DNA of 64,000 nt, from assembly GCF_032191835.1 (NCBI RefSeq), contig NC_083230.1:99138001-99202000 (forward strand), in the 5' to 3' direction. Of the stretch, positions 13,100 to 25,437 are shown one piece after another. The stretch is from Heteronotia binoei. Its lineage: Eukaryota. Below the pieces are notes generated by a model, which was not told where the DNA came from, did no database searches, and saw nothing but the letters and a program-made list of their open reading frames with translations. Made by a program: the position numbers and the translations under genes. Numbering within the stretch: the stretch's first letter is position 1; each line of letters opens with the position of its first letter.

Positions 13100-13433
13100 T
13101 GGTGCTGGAGTCAAGTTGCAGCCAGTTTATGGTGAGCCCCTTATGGAGTTTTCAAGATAAGAGATGGTTTGCCATGGCCTACCTCTCCACAAGACCTCTA
13201 GGCTGCGATCTCACACTCACTAAATAATGCACCTTCAATCCACTTTCCAAGTGAATTTTACTGTGTGAACTGGCAAAACCCAGTTGGAATGTGTATCAAA
13301 AGTGCATTATTTAGTGTGTGTGTGATCGCAGCCATTGTCTTCCTTATCTCCCATCCAAGTATTAACCCAGGACAACACTGCTTAGCTTCCAAGAGCTGTC
13401 AAGAGAGGGCTAGCCTGGGCCGTCCAGGTCAGG
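13100..13433 (-). mobile_element. 5S-headed SINE interrupted by a palindromic MITE
   Basis: TCTCCCATCCAAGTATTAACCCAGGACAACACTGCTTAGCTTCC at about 13347-13390 resembles 5S reverse complement. A Sauria-like tail (GAGATGGTTTGCCATGGCCT) lies to the left. Confidence 0.7.
13201..13333. mobile_element. Palindromic MITE with GGC termini (Harbinger-like)
   Basis: GGCTGCGATCTCACACTCACTAAATAATGCAC ... GTGCATTATTTAGTGTGTGTGTGATCGCAGCC. No clean TSD. Confidence 0.7.
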
Positions 13434-15642
13434 CCATCTGACTAATCGCCATCAAGTCATAGCCAACTTATGGAAGCCCCAAAGAGTTTTCAAACCAAGA
13501 GATGAACAGAGATGCTTTGCTGTTGTCTGCCTCCGCATCGCAACCCTGCACTTCTTCGGTGATCTCTCATCCAAGCACTAACTCTTTGACACCTGTTCTC
13601 ATTAACGTCAGCAAGCTTTACAAATGTGCTGTCCTTTCCCAGTTTGGGTAATCCTGCAGAGTAGCTTGTCTCATGAAATGGTCTGAAGTCTGCAGAGGAA
13701 GGTACCAACCGAAGAGACATAAAAAATAGGGGGAGGGAGAGAAGAGAAAAGCAAGCTCCGTCCTCTCTAAAAGAGATGGTGTTGAGTTGACATGAAGGAG
13801 AGGTTCAGTTCGTTTCTTAATTTTGTTTCATCCCGTGGGGTCAGCAAGAGTCTGGATGAAGGGCATCTTCAAAGGAGCACTGGAATGGTAAAAGCCAGCA
13901 GCTGCCACAGAAAGCCACAACAGGTACCCATCATTTCATCTGCAAACACTTCCTGCATAATGGCTGATGGCAAGTCAAATCACATACTGGTGCTGGCCAA
14001 CAGGGGCTGAAATAATGTCTTTTTGCTCTGCTCTACCTGGTGTTTCAGCATTCAGTTAGTCACCAGCAGTATGCAATTCCTCTTGCAGCTGATCGCAAGG
14101 GGTTTTTGCTAAGGTCGATATAAATCAAAAGGCCCCAGGGCAGGAATGCAAAAATGTAGGTACATTTTCTTCAGCTGTTTTGCCCAGGAAGGATGAAATT
14201 GAATGAGTTTTGCCATCCATCTTTTGTAGCAATGCTTGGTAACAGCAGTTGGAATAATTTCCTTTGCTCTTCTGTGTCGCTTCACATTATTTAAAGTTAA
14301 TAAAGCAACACAGCTTTAATAATACATCTGTACTTGGAGGGGGGGAGGTTACTTGAATGCAGAAAGTCACATTATTCAAATGGTGTTTTACTTGAAACAG
14401 ATGATTGGATCCCCCAAAGTAAGTTACAGAAACTCAGATTTCCTCTGCAAATGTGAAGCTACATTTTCTTTTTCCAGCAGTGTTCAGTTTGTATTCAGAA
14501 AACAGAAAAGGGTCTGTGAAGTGTCACAGTTTGGGCTGCATTGGTTTGGGGATGAAGGGACACCTCCAGCCTTTCTACTCATCTGTCCAAATCAATTAGA
14601 ATGATATAATAAGCAGGTTTGGGTCCCCACTAGGGAATAAAATGGCTGCACGTGTCTGAATGAATAAATGCACATCATTGGATGCTGTTCTAGATGTTTT
14701 ATTGCAGCCTGCATTAATATTTAATAGGTTATAAGCCACCTGGGGAATACATCAGGGCCAACAGGTGGGATATAACTATTTTAGTAAACAACTATCAGAT
14801 GCTTTCTCCCCACTACAATCAGGTGTTGACATGGAACCTCACTTTTTACAAAAAGCATGGGATAACTGGAGGTAGCATGAAACTCTTTTGGAATTTCAAA
14901 CCCTTCTTCCTCCCAGCAAACTAAATTTTTTAGATATTTATTTTTGCACTTCAGGCAAATGAAAATGGGAGAATCTCCGCATGGGCAGTTCTCCCATTCC
15001 TTTCCCCAGCTTTTTGCACAACGATGACTAATAGAAACTTGCCCATCACACAAGCTATTCCAAACCCTGTTAGAGTAATTATTTCCTGGGATGTGCAGTG
15101 TAAAATGTGCTTGGCTTTAAACCATTTGTTCCAACAAACAACACGCAGAGCTTGGGAGGGGGGGATTCTTGGCACTGCTGCTGTCTTTCCCTGGCAGTTT
15201 AATTGCACCACTGTCAAACGCATCACAGCTAATACCTCTCCTCTCTTATCAATGGTGCTTTAATTGGTCTTTCTATAGAATGTTTGCGGTTGCAAAAGTA
15301 TTACAAAGTGGGGAGCCATGAGCACAAAAATGGAGATGTGAAATCAAGAAAGGACTACGTAAAAGGGGATGGAAGGGGGAAGTTTAAGAATTAAGTGGGA
15401 ATAGAAATAATATAAATGGTTCAAAACTGATTTTATTGGTTGACAAGTGTGTCCTACAATTAATAAAATATCAGTTTTTAAAATCCCGAGGAAATGGTCC
15501 GTACATTTGGTTTGGTCAGTCATTTCCACTCTGAACTGTGGTTTGGGCCAAGAAGGTTATACGAGGATGCTGCTGTATAGTCCCTGATTACCGCTCGATG
15601 TGCCATGCAGCTGAGAAAATCAATTGAACAGAAGCGAAATTT

Positions 15643-15721
15643 CATAAAAGTCTACTTAATGCCATAAAAGCCATTCTCATAAATTCCAGGAGGAATAAAC
15701 CATAAAAGCAGTAGCGATAAA
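15643..15721. promoter_or_regulatory. Homotypic cluster of Cdx/posterior-Hox-type motifs (candidate enhancer)
   Basis: CATAAA at 15643, 15663, 15678 and 15701, all in the same orientation, within a repeat-poor block. Confidence 0.4.
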
Positions 15722-17002
15722 TTCAGCCACCCCAATCCGAGAGATTTTAGTACTACCCAGGGCCCTTCTGTATTTGAAGATCGGAAAACTACAGCTGAAA
15801 AGAAGCAGAGATGACTTGTTTTTAAAAATCTGTTTGATGTTATGGATGTGCCTCCTGGGTCTACTCTTTTGGAGCTGACTTTTGGTTTTACATTTAGATC
15901 TAGAAACCATAAAGAACTGTGCATGTCACTTTCAAACAAAAAGGTTGGCCATAGGGATATACACTACAGCAACGGTGAAGAAATGGAAATCTAAACATGA
16001 AATGCAAGCAACTGTTGGCTTGAATCATTCCTTGCCCGCCTGTTTTCCAGCAGCCTGCTGCTTTTTAAAGATAATTTCATAGGTCTGTGGACACAAACAG
16101 GCTCCTCTGCCCTACATTTGTTTCTATTAGCTATTCCCTCAATGAAGAACATTTTGCTCTAAGTGCATTGGGAGCTTTGGAATTGGTTTAATAAATCTTC
16201 ATGCACTCATAGGACTCTGCTATTAGCTTTAGCAGGGTTGGTTGGATTTCAGTGATATTTATTTGCAGTATTTCTACATTGCCTCAATACCAAAGTTCCC
16301 AAGACAGAACAAGCTCTGATGATATGAAAGTCACTTTTTCTCGCTACTGTGAAACAAATATCTGTAGCTCCCCAGACTTTACAAGGGGACTGAGGATGAG
16401 TTCACACATTCAATGCTTTCACACTAACTGTTTGCAAGTGGATTTTGCTATTCTTACACAGTAAAAAATCCAGTTGCAAAGCACCTTATTTAGTGTGTGT
16501 GAATACACCCATTGTGTTGGGCTGAGCCATTAAAATGGTCCAGAGACAAGCTGAGCTAAGGGACCCCAGTAGAGGTTTCCCAGTTTGGACAGCAACAATA
16601 GGCAGAGGACTGCTCATCATGTCCTCCCATGCCACTGCCTGCTGGGCCAAAGAGCCCCTGAAGTCCTGGCTGCATCGTCACTGACGTAGACTTGATCTCT
16701 AGCAATCTTCCTGGGTGGGAGCCCACCAGGAGCCCAGTAAATTAAAGGCTCAATCCACCCTGACTCACATTGTAATTGTTGAATGAATAATCTGAAGATG
16801 TGAAGAAGCCTTCTAACCAGTTGCCCTGTGATCACCAATCACACAAGCCTCTCTTGCCTCATTAGGGTATGAGTCAATCTGGTTTATTTGATTTGTAGAA
16901 TTAATACCCTCCTCTTTGGACATGAGGATGATTTATTAAACAAAATGTATAAAAACAGATTACAAGCAGAAAGAGTAAATCCATACAAGTGAACAAAACT
17001 AG

Positions 17003-17198
17003 CAAGCAGAACAAAGTTGGAGTCCAGTAGTACCTTTAAGACCAACATTTTATTTAGAATGTAAGCTTGTCTGATGAAGTGTGCTTCTTAGCACACAAAA
17101 GCTTACACTGTGAATAAAACTTCGTTGGTCTTAAAGGTGCTACTGGACTCCAACTTTGTTCTGTTGCTTCAGATCAACATGGCTGCCCACCTGGATCT
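17003..17198 (+). mobile_element. Penelope-like element terminus (pLTR) with inverted partial duplication
   Basis: GAAAGCTT-like...GTTGGTCTTAAAGGTGCTACTGGACTC is the reptile Penelope terminal signature. 17003-17068 is the reverse complement of 17099-17167. Confidence 0.8.
17061..17108 (+). ncRNA. Minimal hammerhead ribozyme motif, probably inactivated
   Basis: CTGATGA (17071-17077), stem II GTGTGC/GCACAC with a 6-nt loop, then AAAA in place of GAAA, then GCTTA. Confidence 0.6.
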
Positions 17199-17814
17199 AT
17201 CTAGCTAGCAGTAGGTTTAAAAAAAAAAAGAAAGAAACAGATTTGGGGTTTGTTATTTAATTTTGTTTTTAACTGGAAATGTTTTGTAAGTATTATTGTA
17301 AGCCACCTTGAACCACAAGGAAAGGAGGGGTATAAATATTTTAAGAAATAAATAATAAACAATTTTTTCAAAATCTGTTAATCAAGAAGGGACACAAAGA
17401 TTTTGATTGGCAGAGATATAGCCACAGAGATAGTGCCAAGCAAATGTGTCTATGGAGAACGTTCCAAGGTTTGGATGCTGCCACAGAAAGGGCCCCAGAA
17501 TAGCTGAAATTCTGTGGACTCAGACTGTGTCATAATTACCAGTTCCAAATATGCCCCCCCCAGTTTATTTATGGCTTCAGAGAATACTCATCAAGCCTTT
17601 CATCAGAGTTCACTGGGCAGCTGAACATCTAGCACAACAATACACATGCTTAAACTCACATTCACCTTTCATGCACATGCACTGTTTAATGCACAGTTCA
17701 GCAAAGGACTGTGGGAAATATACTTTCCCCCTTGTCCCTGGTCACTCACACTGGCAGCATCTTTATCCACCACCACAACCCCACTCCTGCTCACTCACAC
17801 ACCCCACATCACTT

Positions 17815-18012
17815 GCAGTTGCTGGAATGGCCTTTGGTCAGTCATGACTCTCACAGAGTTGTCCTTGAAAGGGCAGCTTCTGTGAGAGCTCTCTCAGCCC
17901 CACCCACCTCACAGGGCGTCTGTTGTGGGGGAGGAAGATAAAGGAGATTATGAGCCACTCTGAGATGCTGAGAAATGGCATGGACAGCGGGATATGAATC
18001 CAATATCTTCTT
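17815..18012 (+). mobile_element. Squam3-like SINE, 5'-truncated
   Basis: Body GTTGTCCTTGAAAGGGCAGCTTCTGTGAGAGCTCTCTCAGCCCCACCCACCTCACAGGG is shared with the full copies at 36660 and 42857. Confidence 0.85.
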
Positions 18013-18483
18013 TTTGCCTCTGGCATGACCATGGCATGACAGTTTTGTTTTTGATAAAGATAAAATAAGAATACATGTGTGTTTTGTTCGTGAATTTTTA
18101 TACTCATTCATTTCACATGCAAGACACCAAGTCTGGCAGGATAGGGATACATGTCCCCCCCCCCTCCTCGTTTTCCTACATCAATACATTTATCCTAAAT
18201 GTCTGGGGGGATTCTCTTGGTGTTGATGTATTGGTACATCAGGATGCCAGATTCATCTGGTAATAAGGCCCAGAAAACAAACCACAAGTATGGCTAGTAG
18301 CTACTGTGCAGCTGCTTGCCAGTTCTTAAGGAGTTTGTGATATTTGCCACACCAATGAAATAATTCTGGGACCACCTCACCGGAAGCACTCCTGTCAAAC
18401 ATGGGTATATTTGTCTGGTGAACTCATCTGCAGCAAAGTGCAACATCACTACCATAAAGTTCATACTTTACATGATAAAAGAA

Positions 18484-19470
18484 CAGATCCAGGTCTGAAG
18501 CAGTAGGACAAAGTTGGAGTTCAGTGGCACTTTTAAGATCAATAAAGTTTTATTCGAAGTATGGGCTCCCGTGTACACACGCACTTCCTCTGATGCCCAG
18601 AAATGGAAGTTACCAGTCCTTACATACAGGTAGAGGTTGAACAGCAAATTAGCATACAACATAATGAAAACTGAATGATTGATTTGATGGGATTTCTATC
18701 CTGTCCATCCCACCAGGAAGGCTCAGGGTGGGTTGCAAGCATAATACAAGCCGCCCTGAGCCTGTTGTTAGCCGCCCTGAGCCTGCCTAGGCGGGGAGGG
18801 CAGGATACAAATAAAATTTATTATTATTATACAATACAATACCACAGTAAAAGCATAAAACCTTCATAAAAACAATGTGTAACAGACAACTTATAACCAA
18901 ATAGAAGGCGATATTTCCACATCTGCTCATTGACATCCAATTTCTAGATTAAGTAACATGAATCATGAGCAGATGCGAACAGGGCTGAGTCAATTTACAA
19001 CAACTTTACAGGAGAAGGGCCGATCATATCATATGTCCATGGCTCCAATAAAAGTTTGGCAGAAAAGTTCTGTTTTACAGGCCTGGTAGGTCCTGCAGGA
19101 ACCTAATCTCCATGCAGAACTCATTCTAGCTGTCAGTACCATAGAGCCAAAAAGGTCCTGAACCTCGTTGAAGTCAGACAGACCTCTTTTGGGCCGGGGA
19201 CTATTAGCCAGCATTGATTAGCCAACCTATTCGGAACTCTGTCAGCAGCTGGTGTGGTCTACAGAGAACTGGCTGAATGTGCCCCCATAAAAGCATCAAA
19301 GATGTTTTAACAGATGCACACAGGAATAACAAGTTAAGTTGATATGGTCACCATTTATTTGGATTTAATTCAGGATGGGGGAAACAGTGAATCAAATAAA
19401 TATGTCAAAAATTGGAGACAGATGTGTGGAGTGCTAAGAGTATAACTCATAACAACAAGGCCTCAGTCTC
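18484..19470 (-). mobile_element. Penelope terminus remnant split by an L2 insertion
   Basis: 18484-18677 and about 19292-19470 are colinear with the contiguous copy at 59283-59660. L2 3' sequence lies between them. Confidence 0.6.
18678..19250 (-). mobile_element. L2-clade LINE 3' fragment, with a + strand L2/SINE tail at about 18750-18832
   Basis: TTTTACAGGCCTGG...AAAAAGGTCCTG...CTCTTTTGGGCCGGGGACT parallels the other L2 3' ends. A GCCGCCCTGAGCCTG...(ATT)n tail is present. Confidence 0.6.
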
Positions 19471-19979
19471 TTATATTCAAACAAACCCAAAATAAATGTC
19501 GCTACTGGAACAGTGGAACAAAATCATTGAGTGAAAGTTGGATCTTACTTGCTACAGGCATTGTATTGGGAATTGGTGGATCAATCGGCTTTGTTGTTAA
19601 TTCCTTATATCTGTTACAAAAGAATAAGACATGCTCTATCGTTTTTATAGAACCAGTTCTTATTGATGCTCCTAGGTTGAAACTACTGTGATTCCATTAA
19701 TTTTCAGCCCTGTAGCTATAAACTCTATGCAGAAATTATTCTCAAAATTGACAGCTCCCTATCTGTGGAGTTTACCACTGTGAATCCACTATCATGCTGC
19801 ACATTCTCAGGGGATCTAGAATGGGTGCCTTTGTAAATGCCATTAAATAAGAAGCAATGAGTTCATTAGCAATAACATTGCTTTCACTAAGATGTGTTCC
19901 AAAGCAGGAACTGTCAAAGTCTATTGGGAAGGTCACTTTGTTTTTCAAATGATTCTATGGACTAGAACTATGTAGATGG

Positions 19980-20130
19980 TCTGTGCCTCAGTGGCAGAGC
20001 ATTTGCTTGGCATGCAGAAGGTTCCAGGTTCAATCCCAGACTTCTCCAATTAAAGGATTTGGTAGTAGATGAAGAGAAAGACCTTGATCCAAGACCCTGG
20101 AGAGCCACTGCCAGTCTAGGTAGACAACAC
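19980..20130 (+). mobile_element. tRNA-Ala-derived SINE (Squam2-like)
   Basis: CTCAGTGGCAGAGCATTTGCTTGGCATGCAGAAGGTTCCAGGTTCAATCCC has A/B boxes and tRNA-Ala-like layout, followed by a non-tRNA body. It is not a functional tRNA. Confidence 0.75.
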
Positions 20131-20835
20131 ACAGCCTTTCACACCCTTACCAGGCACCTAAAATTTAGAAGAGGAGTTGCCAGGTGAATAGATGCAGAGA
20201 AGGAATTTTATAGGCACCACCTGGGTCCTTTAATCCTGGGGATTAAGTTGTCTAGGATCAGAAGGGACTGCTGGAGAAGAGGAATGTGGGGAAGATCCAC
20301 AACTACCACCATCTTCTGCCAATGAATTGACAAATCCAGCCCATGTGTGATTTCTTTGTTCTTCTTCACCTGGCTTTGGCACCATGTATAACCAATGGAT
20401 GGTTTTTAGACTGCTGCTGTTAACAAAGACAGTGGCCAAAACTGATTTGTTGGTGTTTTGCTGGTATAAATAATATACACACACTCCAAGCTCTTATTTT
20501 TTTCATACTGCCCTACCATTAGTTCATTTTTCCTAGAATTACTTCTCTATAGAAAGTCTAATTGCAAAAAAAGAAAGTCAAAGCTGAACATTTTCAACAG
20601 AATGTAAAGAAATTATGTTTCCCCTTGATTCCTTGTAAGTTTATGCCTGTGCTGGGGTCATGAGCATCCTGTACATGTAAAAGCATTTAGCCCTTTGAAC
20701 CAATGATTCCTAAAGTCAGCATTGATCCTAGGGGACCACTGTAATGCACTTCAGTGCAGGTTGTGCTCTGAGAAACCAAGGAATGCTAACCATAGATGTA
20801 GAGGGGAAAGGAGGCAGAAGTTCTAGATGTTAAGA

Positions 20836-21022
20836 TAGGGTTGCCAGGTCTGTGTTGGAAAATACCTGGAGACTTTGGGGGTGGATCTGGGAGAGGAAAC
20901 GTTTGCCCTAGAGTCCACCCTTCAAAGCAGCCATTTTCTCCAGGGGAGCTGATCTCTGCAAGCTGGAGATCAGTTGTAAAAGCAGGAGACCTCCAGACCC
21001 CACCTGGAGGCTGGCAACCCTA
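20836..21022. mobile_element. hAT-type MITE (TAGGGTTGCCA family)
   Basis: TIRs TAGGGTTGCCA / TGGCAACCCTA, with 8-bp TSD TGTTAAGA / TGTTAAGG. Confidence 0.9.
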
Positions 21023-21149
21023 TGTTAAGGGGTGATCTAGGGGCCAGTGACAAAGGTGTCAAACCAGGCAAGGTTACATCCAGTGATAGCAATCCAGGAT
21101 AGCAATCCAAGGTAGAAAAAGTAGAAAAGGAGCAGAAACCATTTTCCAC

Positions 21150-21380
21150 AGGCTTGAGTTACTCCTGGTTTTCTCGGGAGTCAATTAGTGGGAGCCTTCC
21201 ATCCTTCCGAGGTCAGTAAAATAAGCACCCAGCTTACTGGGGGTAAAGTGTAGATGACTGGGAAAGCCAATGGCAAGCCACCCCACTAAAAAAAAAGTCT
21301 GCCATGAAAACGTTGTGATGCAACCTCACCCCAGAGTTGGAAATGACTGGTGCTTGCACAGGGGATTACCTACCTACCTA
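21150..21380 (+). mobile_element. Sauria SINE (Squam1-like) 3' portion
   Basis: GCCTTCCATCCTTCCGAGGTCAGTAAAATAAGCACCCAGC...GGCAAGCCACCCC with an (ACCT)n tail, recalled as the Sauria SINE body. Confidence 0.75.
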
Positions 21381-21957
21381 TGGCAGATTACATACAGTTA
21401 AACCAGGGGAAAGCATCTTCCCTAGTCACTCTGAAATAGCTGATGTGGGCAAGGAGGGAACTCCTCTGCTCACAAAGTGGTTCCCTTATTTGCCTCTGTT
21501 GTATCATGTTAATGGTTGTTTGTACATCAAACAAACTCTGTGCATAAGTGGTGGAAACTAGTCTGGCCAGAGGTATTCCATAATTTTAGTAGAGATTTTT
21601 CTTCCAGAAACTCAGAAATGTTTTCCTAAATGCACCAAAAGCTCCAGCCTGCAGTCTTGGCGTCACCAGTTTTTGAAAATGATTACTTGAGAACTATTAG
21701 AGGTTATTATTCAGTCAGAATGGCAAAGTGTATTGCACATTGGTTCACATTTCCACTTTGGCCCTAGACACAGTAGGCAGCCTTAAGCAAGGCCCATTTC
21801 TCTCAGTAATAAAGACAATACAGTGTAAAAACCTCTTGTACATTAAAATATAATAATAGTGATTATGCTGTAATGTTTTTCAACCCTTTCATGAAGTTCC
21901 AAACAATAGTGAAAATTATCACCTCTCATCCTTAATGGTTTACTTGATGGTATATTA

Positions 21958-21959
<2 letters not shown>

Positions 21960-22004
<45 letters not shown>
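21960..22004. repeat. (CT)n microsatellite
   Basis: Direct read. Confidence 0.95.
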
Positions 22005-22007
<3 letters not shown>

Positions 22008-23696
22008 TCTTTAGACAATGACATTACAGGCTTTGACATTTCCATGATCAAGAAAAGATGACCATCATAAGGATTTCAAGAAGCATCAATCAAAATTATG
22101 AGGTATTGAATTTTCACAGTGAAGACTGATACCCTATGAGCACAAGAACCTTCCTACAAAAAGAACACCTCGATATTTTTTTCTACAAGAACAAATTCAA
22201 AACATTTTAAAGGGGAATATCAGTCACACAGAGATGCAGGATGACCTAGGCCCTGTTTAATTGTCCACATTCCTCAAACACTTATATCCACAGACATGTG
22301 ACACATTTAGCACAGAACAGGAAATACTCACAGTAAACCAGAGGTTTATAAATAAGAACTGTCTTGATGGATCAGACCAAGTGCTATTAACTGCCCAGCC
22401 ATTGTCTCATTTAATTTGGTACAGTTTACTCTAATCAGTATGGCCCTCCTCATAAAAGCATTCAACAATCTGTTTCTCACAACCAGTGATAGTCCACAGT
22501 GATAGAATCTGAAGCCCAATTCAGATGTTATGAACAAATCTCTTGACCAAGCTAGACAATAACAAGCAATACTGGCTGGCTCCCTCAGCCAGACACATGA
22601 GACGTCAAAGAACTAGTCTTCCCAAGAGTCCTGGGACCTAGTTTAGCTTGGTGGCAAAACAGGTGTTGGCCTTTCATCCTGCATAATTTTTCTGAGCTGA
22701 AATGACTTGAGGGGATGACCCATTTGCCCTCTTTCAGGGTTGCATGTGCACAGACTGTAGCCCCAAAGTGGGGCACAGAAACGCCCCCCTCCCCCATTCA
22801 GCCTTTTCAGTTCAGGAAAATGGCACAGGAGAGAAAGCTAAAGCCCTTCCTGTCCTTGTGCCAAACTAAATGGAGGTTGAAGAGTTAACCTAATTTCTTC
22901 CCTTTATGACCCCCAAGGCAAACTGAGGCTGTGTCTCATCTGTTGGAGCCCTGAACTGAGCCAAAGTGGGATGATCATCCACATTTACTTGTTTCTAGCA
23001 TCGAAGGTCTGCTGCTTCTCAATGTGGTCATTCCATTTCATTTTCAAGGCTCTTGGACAGGCCTCTAAATTTGCCTGCATTTTTAAAAGTCATCTAAGGT
23101 AGCAGCTGGCATCCAGTCTTGTAGTAGAGAATTCCGTAAGTTAATTATGTGTTGTGAGAAGAGATGCTGGGTTGGGTTGCACAAATGAATCCTCTCCAAG
23201 CAGTGAGATGTAGGATGCCAAGTGGGCTGGGCTGTGGACTCAGCAGCACTGGATAGCAGTCCGCTGAGATGTTTGAGTGAAATGTCATTTGGTCACAGAT
23301 CCCACTGTTATCAAAGTGCTCTGTGACAGGGTTCTTTTCCCTAAAATAAAAGCAGGAGAAAATGAAAAAGGGAGCGTGGCATACAAGTAGGCTGGTAAAC
23401 TAGCTCTGCAGGAAGTTGTAGATAATTGCAGACTGGGTTAGATCTAAATTTATCCAACTAATAAGCCCCTTGCTTGATCAGAAAGGCAATCTAAGGACTT
23501 TGCTGTCCTGAGTCACTGTCACATGTCACATGTCCCTATCACCCAATGACTTTGATCAGATTATACCATTGCAAAAACCAAGTATGGATTGTGTGCTCAA
23601 AGTATTTCTATTTAAATACCATAAATGGAGGCCTTCAATGGATTAAATATAGTATTCATGCCCTCCAAAAACATTCACCAACATAATAACTTCTCC

Positions 23697-25437
23697 TAAG
23701 AACATAAGAGAAGCCATGATGGATCAGGCCAATGGCCCATCCAGTCCAACACTCTGTCACACAGTGGCAAAAAATTTTATATATACACACACACTGTGGC
23801 TAATAGCCACTGATGGACCTCTGCTCCATATTTTTATCTAAACCCCTCTTGAAGGTGGCTATGCTTGTGGCCGCCACCACCTCCTGTGGCAGTGAATTCC
23901 ACATGTTAATCACCCTTTGGGTGAAGAAGTACTTCCTTTTATCCGTTTTAACCTGTCTGCTCAGCAATTTCATCAAATGCTCACGAGTTCTTGTATTGTG
24001 AGAAAGGGAGAAAAGTACTCCTTTCTCTACTTTCTCCATACCATGCATTATTTTGTAAACCTCTATCATGTCACCCCGCAGTCGACATTTCTCCAAGCTA
24101 AAAAGTCCCAAGCGTTTCAACCTTTCTTCATAGGGAAAGTGTTCCAGCCCTTTAATCATTCTAGTTGCCCTTTTCTGGACTTTCTCCAATGCTATAATAT
24201 CCTTTTTGAGGTGCGGCGACCAGAACTGCACACAGTACTCCAAATGAGACCGCACCATCGATTTATACAGGGGCATTATGATACTGGCTGATTTGTTTTC
24301 AATTCCCTTCCTAATAATTCCCAGCATGGCATTGGCCTTTTTGTATTGCAATCGCACATTGTCTTGACATTTTCAGTGAATTATCTACCACGACCCCAAG
24401 ATCTCTCTCTTGGTCAGTCTCTGCCAGTTCACCCCCCATCAACTTGTATTTGTAGCTGGGATTCTTGGCCCCAATGTGCATTACTTTGCACTTGGCCACA
24501 TTGAACCGCATCTGCCACGTTGACGCCCACTCACCCAGCCTCAACAGATCCCTTTGGAGTTCCTCACAATCCTCTCTGGTTCTCACCACCCTGAACAATT
24601 TAGTGTCATCCGCAAACTTGGCCACTTCACTGCTCATTCCCAACTCTAAATCATTTATGAACAAATTAAAGAGCATGGGACCCAGTACCGAGCCCTGCGG
24701 CACCCCACTGCTTACCGTCCTCCACTGCGAAGACTGCCCATTTATACTCACTCTCTGCTTCCTATTACTCAGCCAGTTTTTGATCCACAAGAGGACCTGT
24801 CCTTTTACTCCATGACTCTCAAGCTTTCTAAGGAGCCTTTGATGAGGAACTTTATCAAAAGCTTTCTGGAAGTCAAGGTAAACAACATCTATCAGGTCTC
24901 CTTTGTCCACATGTTTGTTCACCCCATCAAAGAAATGTAACAGGTTAGTGAGGCAAGATCTTCCCTTACAGAACCCATGCTGAATCTTCCTCAATAACCC
25001 GTGTTCATCAATGTGCCTACTCATTCTGTCCTTGATAATGGTTTCTACCAACTTTCCCGGTATTGAAGTCAGACTGACTGGCCTGTAATTTCCCGGATCT
25101 CCTCTGGAACCCTCTGGACATTTGCTACCTTCCTCTGGACATTTGCTACCTTCCAGTCCTCAGGAACGGAGGCAGATTTCAATGAAAGATTACAGATTTT
25201 TGTTAGAAGATCCACAAGTTCAACTTTGAGTTCTTTCAGAACTCTCGGATGTATGCCATCCGGACCCAGTGACTTATTAGTTTTTAATTTGTCTATCAGT
25301 TGTAGGACCTCCTCTTTTGTCACCTCAATCTGACTCAGGTTTTTCAACACCCCTTCCAAAATTAGTGGTTCTGGGGCGGGCAAAAAGTTCTCATCTTCCA
25401 CAGTGAAGACAGAGGCAAAAAATTCATTCAGCTTCTC
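23697..25437 (-). mobile_element. CR1 LINE, 5'-truncated, frameshifted ORF2 (reverse transcriptase)
   Basis: ORFs 25069-25401, 24311-25051 and 23800-24357 carry CR1 RT motifs (GPDGIHPRVLKEL, YLDFQKAFDKVPH, GVPQGSVLGP, KFADDTKL, LEYCVQFWSP). The CR1 3' UTR ends in a TCTTATGTTCTT-type tail. Confidence 0.95.

Noticed and set aside
19980-20050. tRNA-Ala-like gene
   Set aside because: Stems are mismatched and a SINE body follows, so it is a SINE head.
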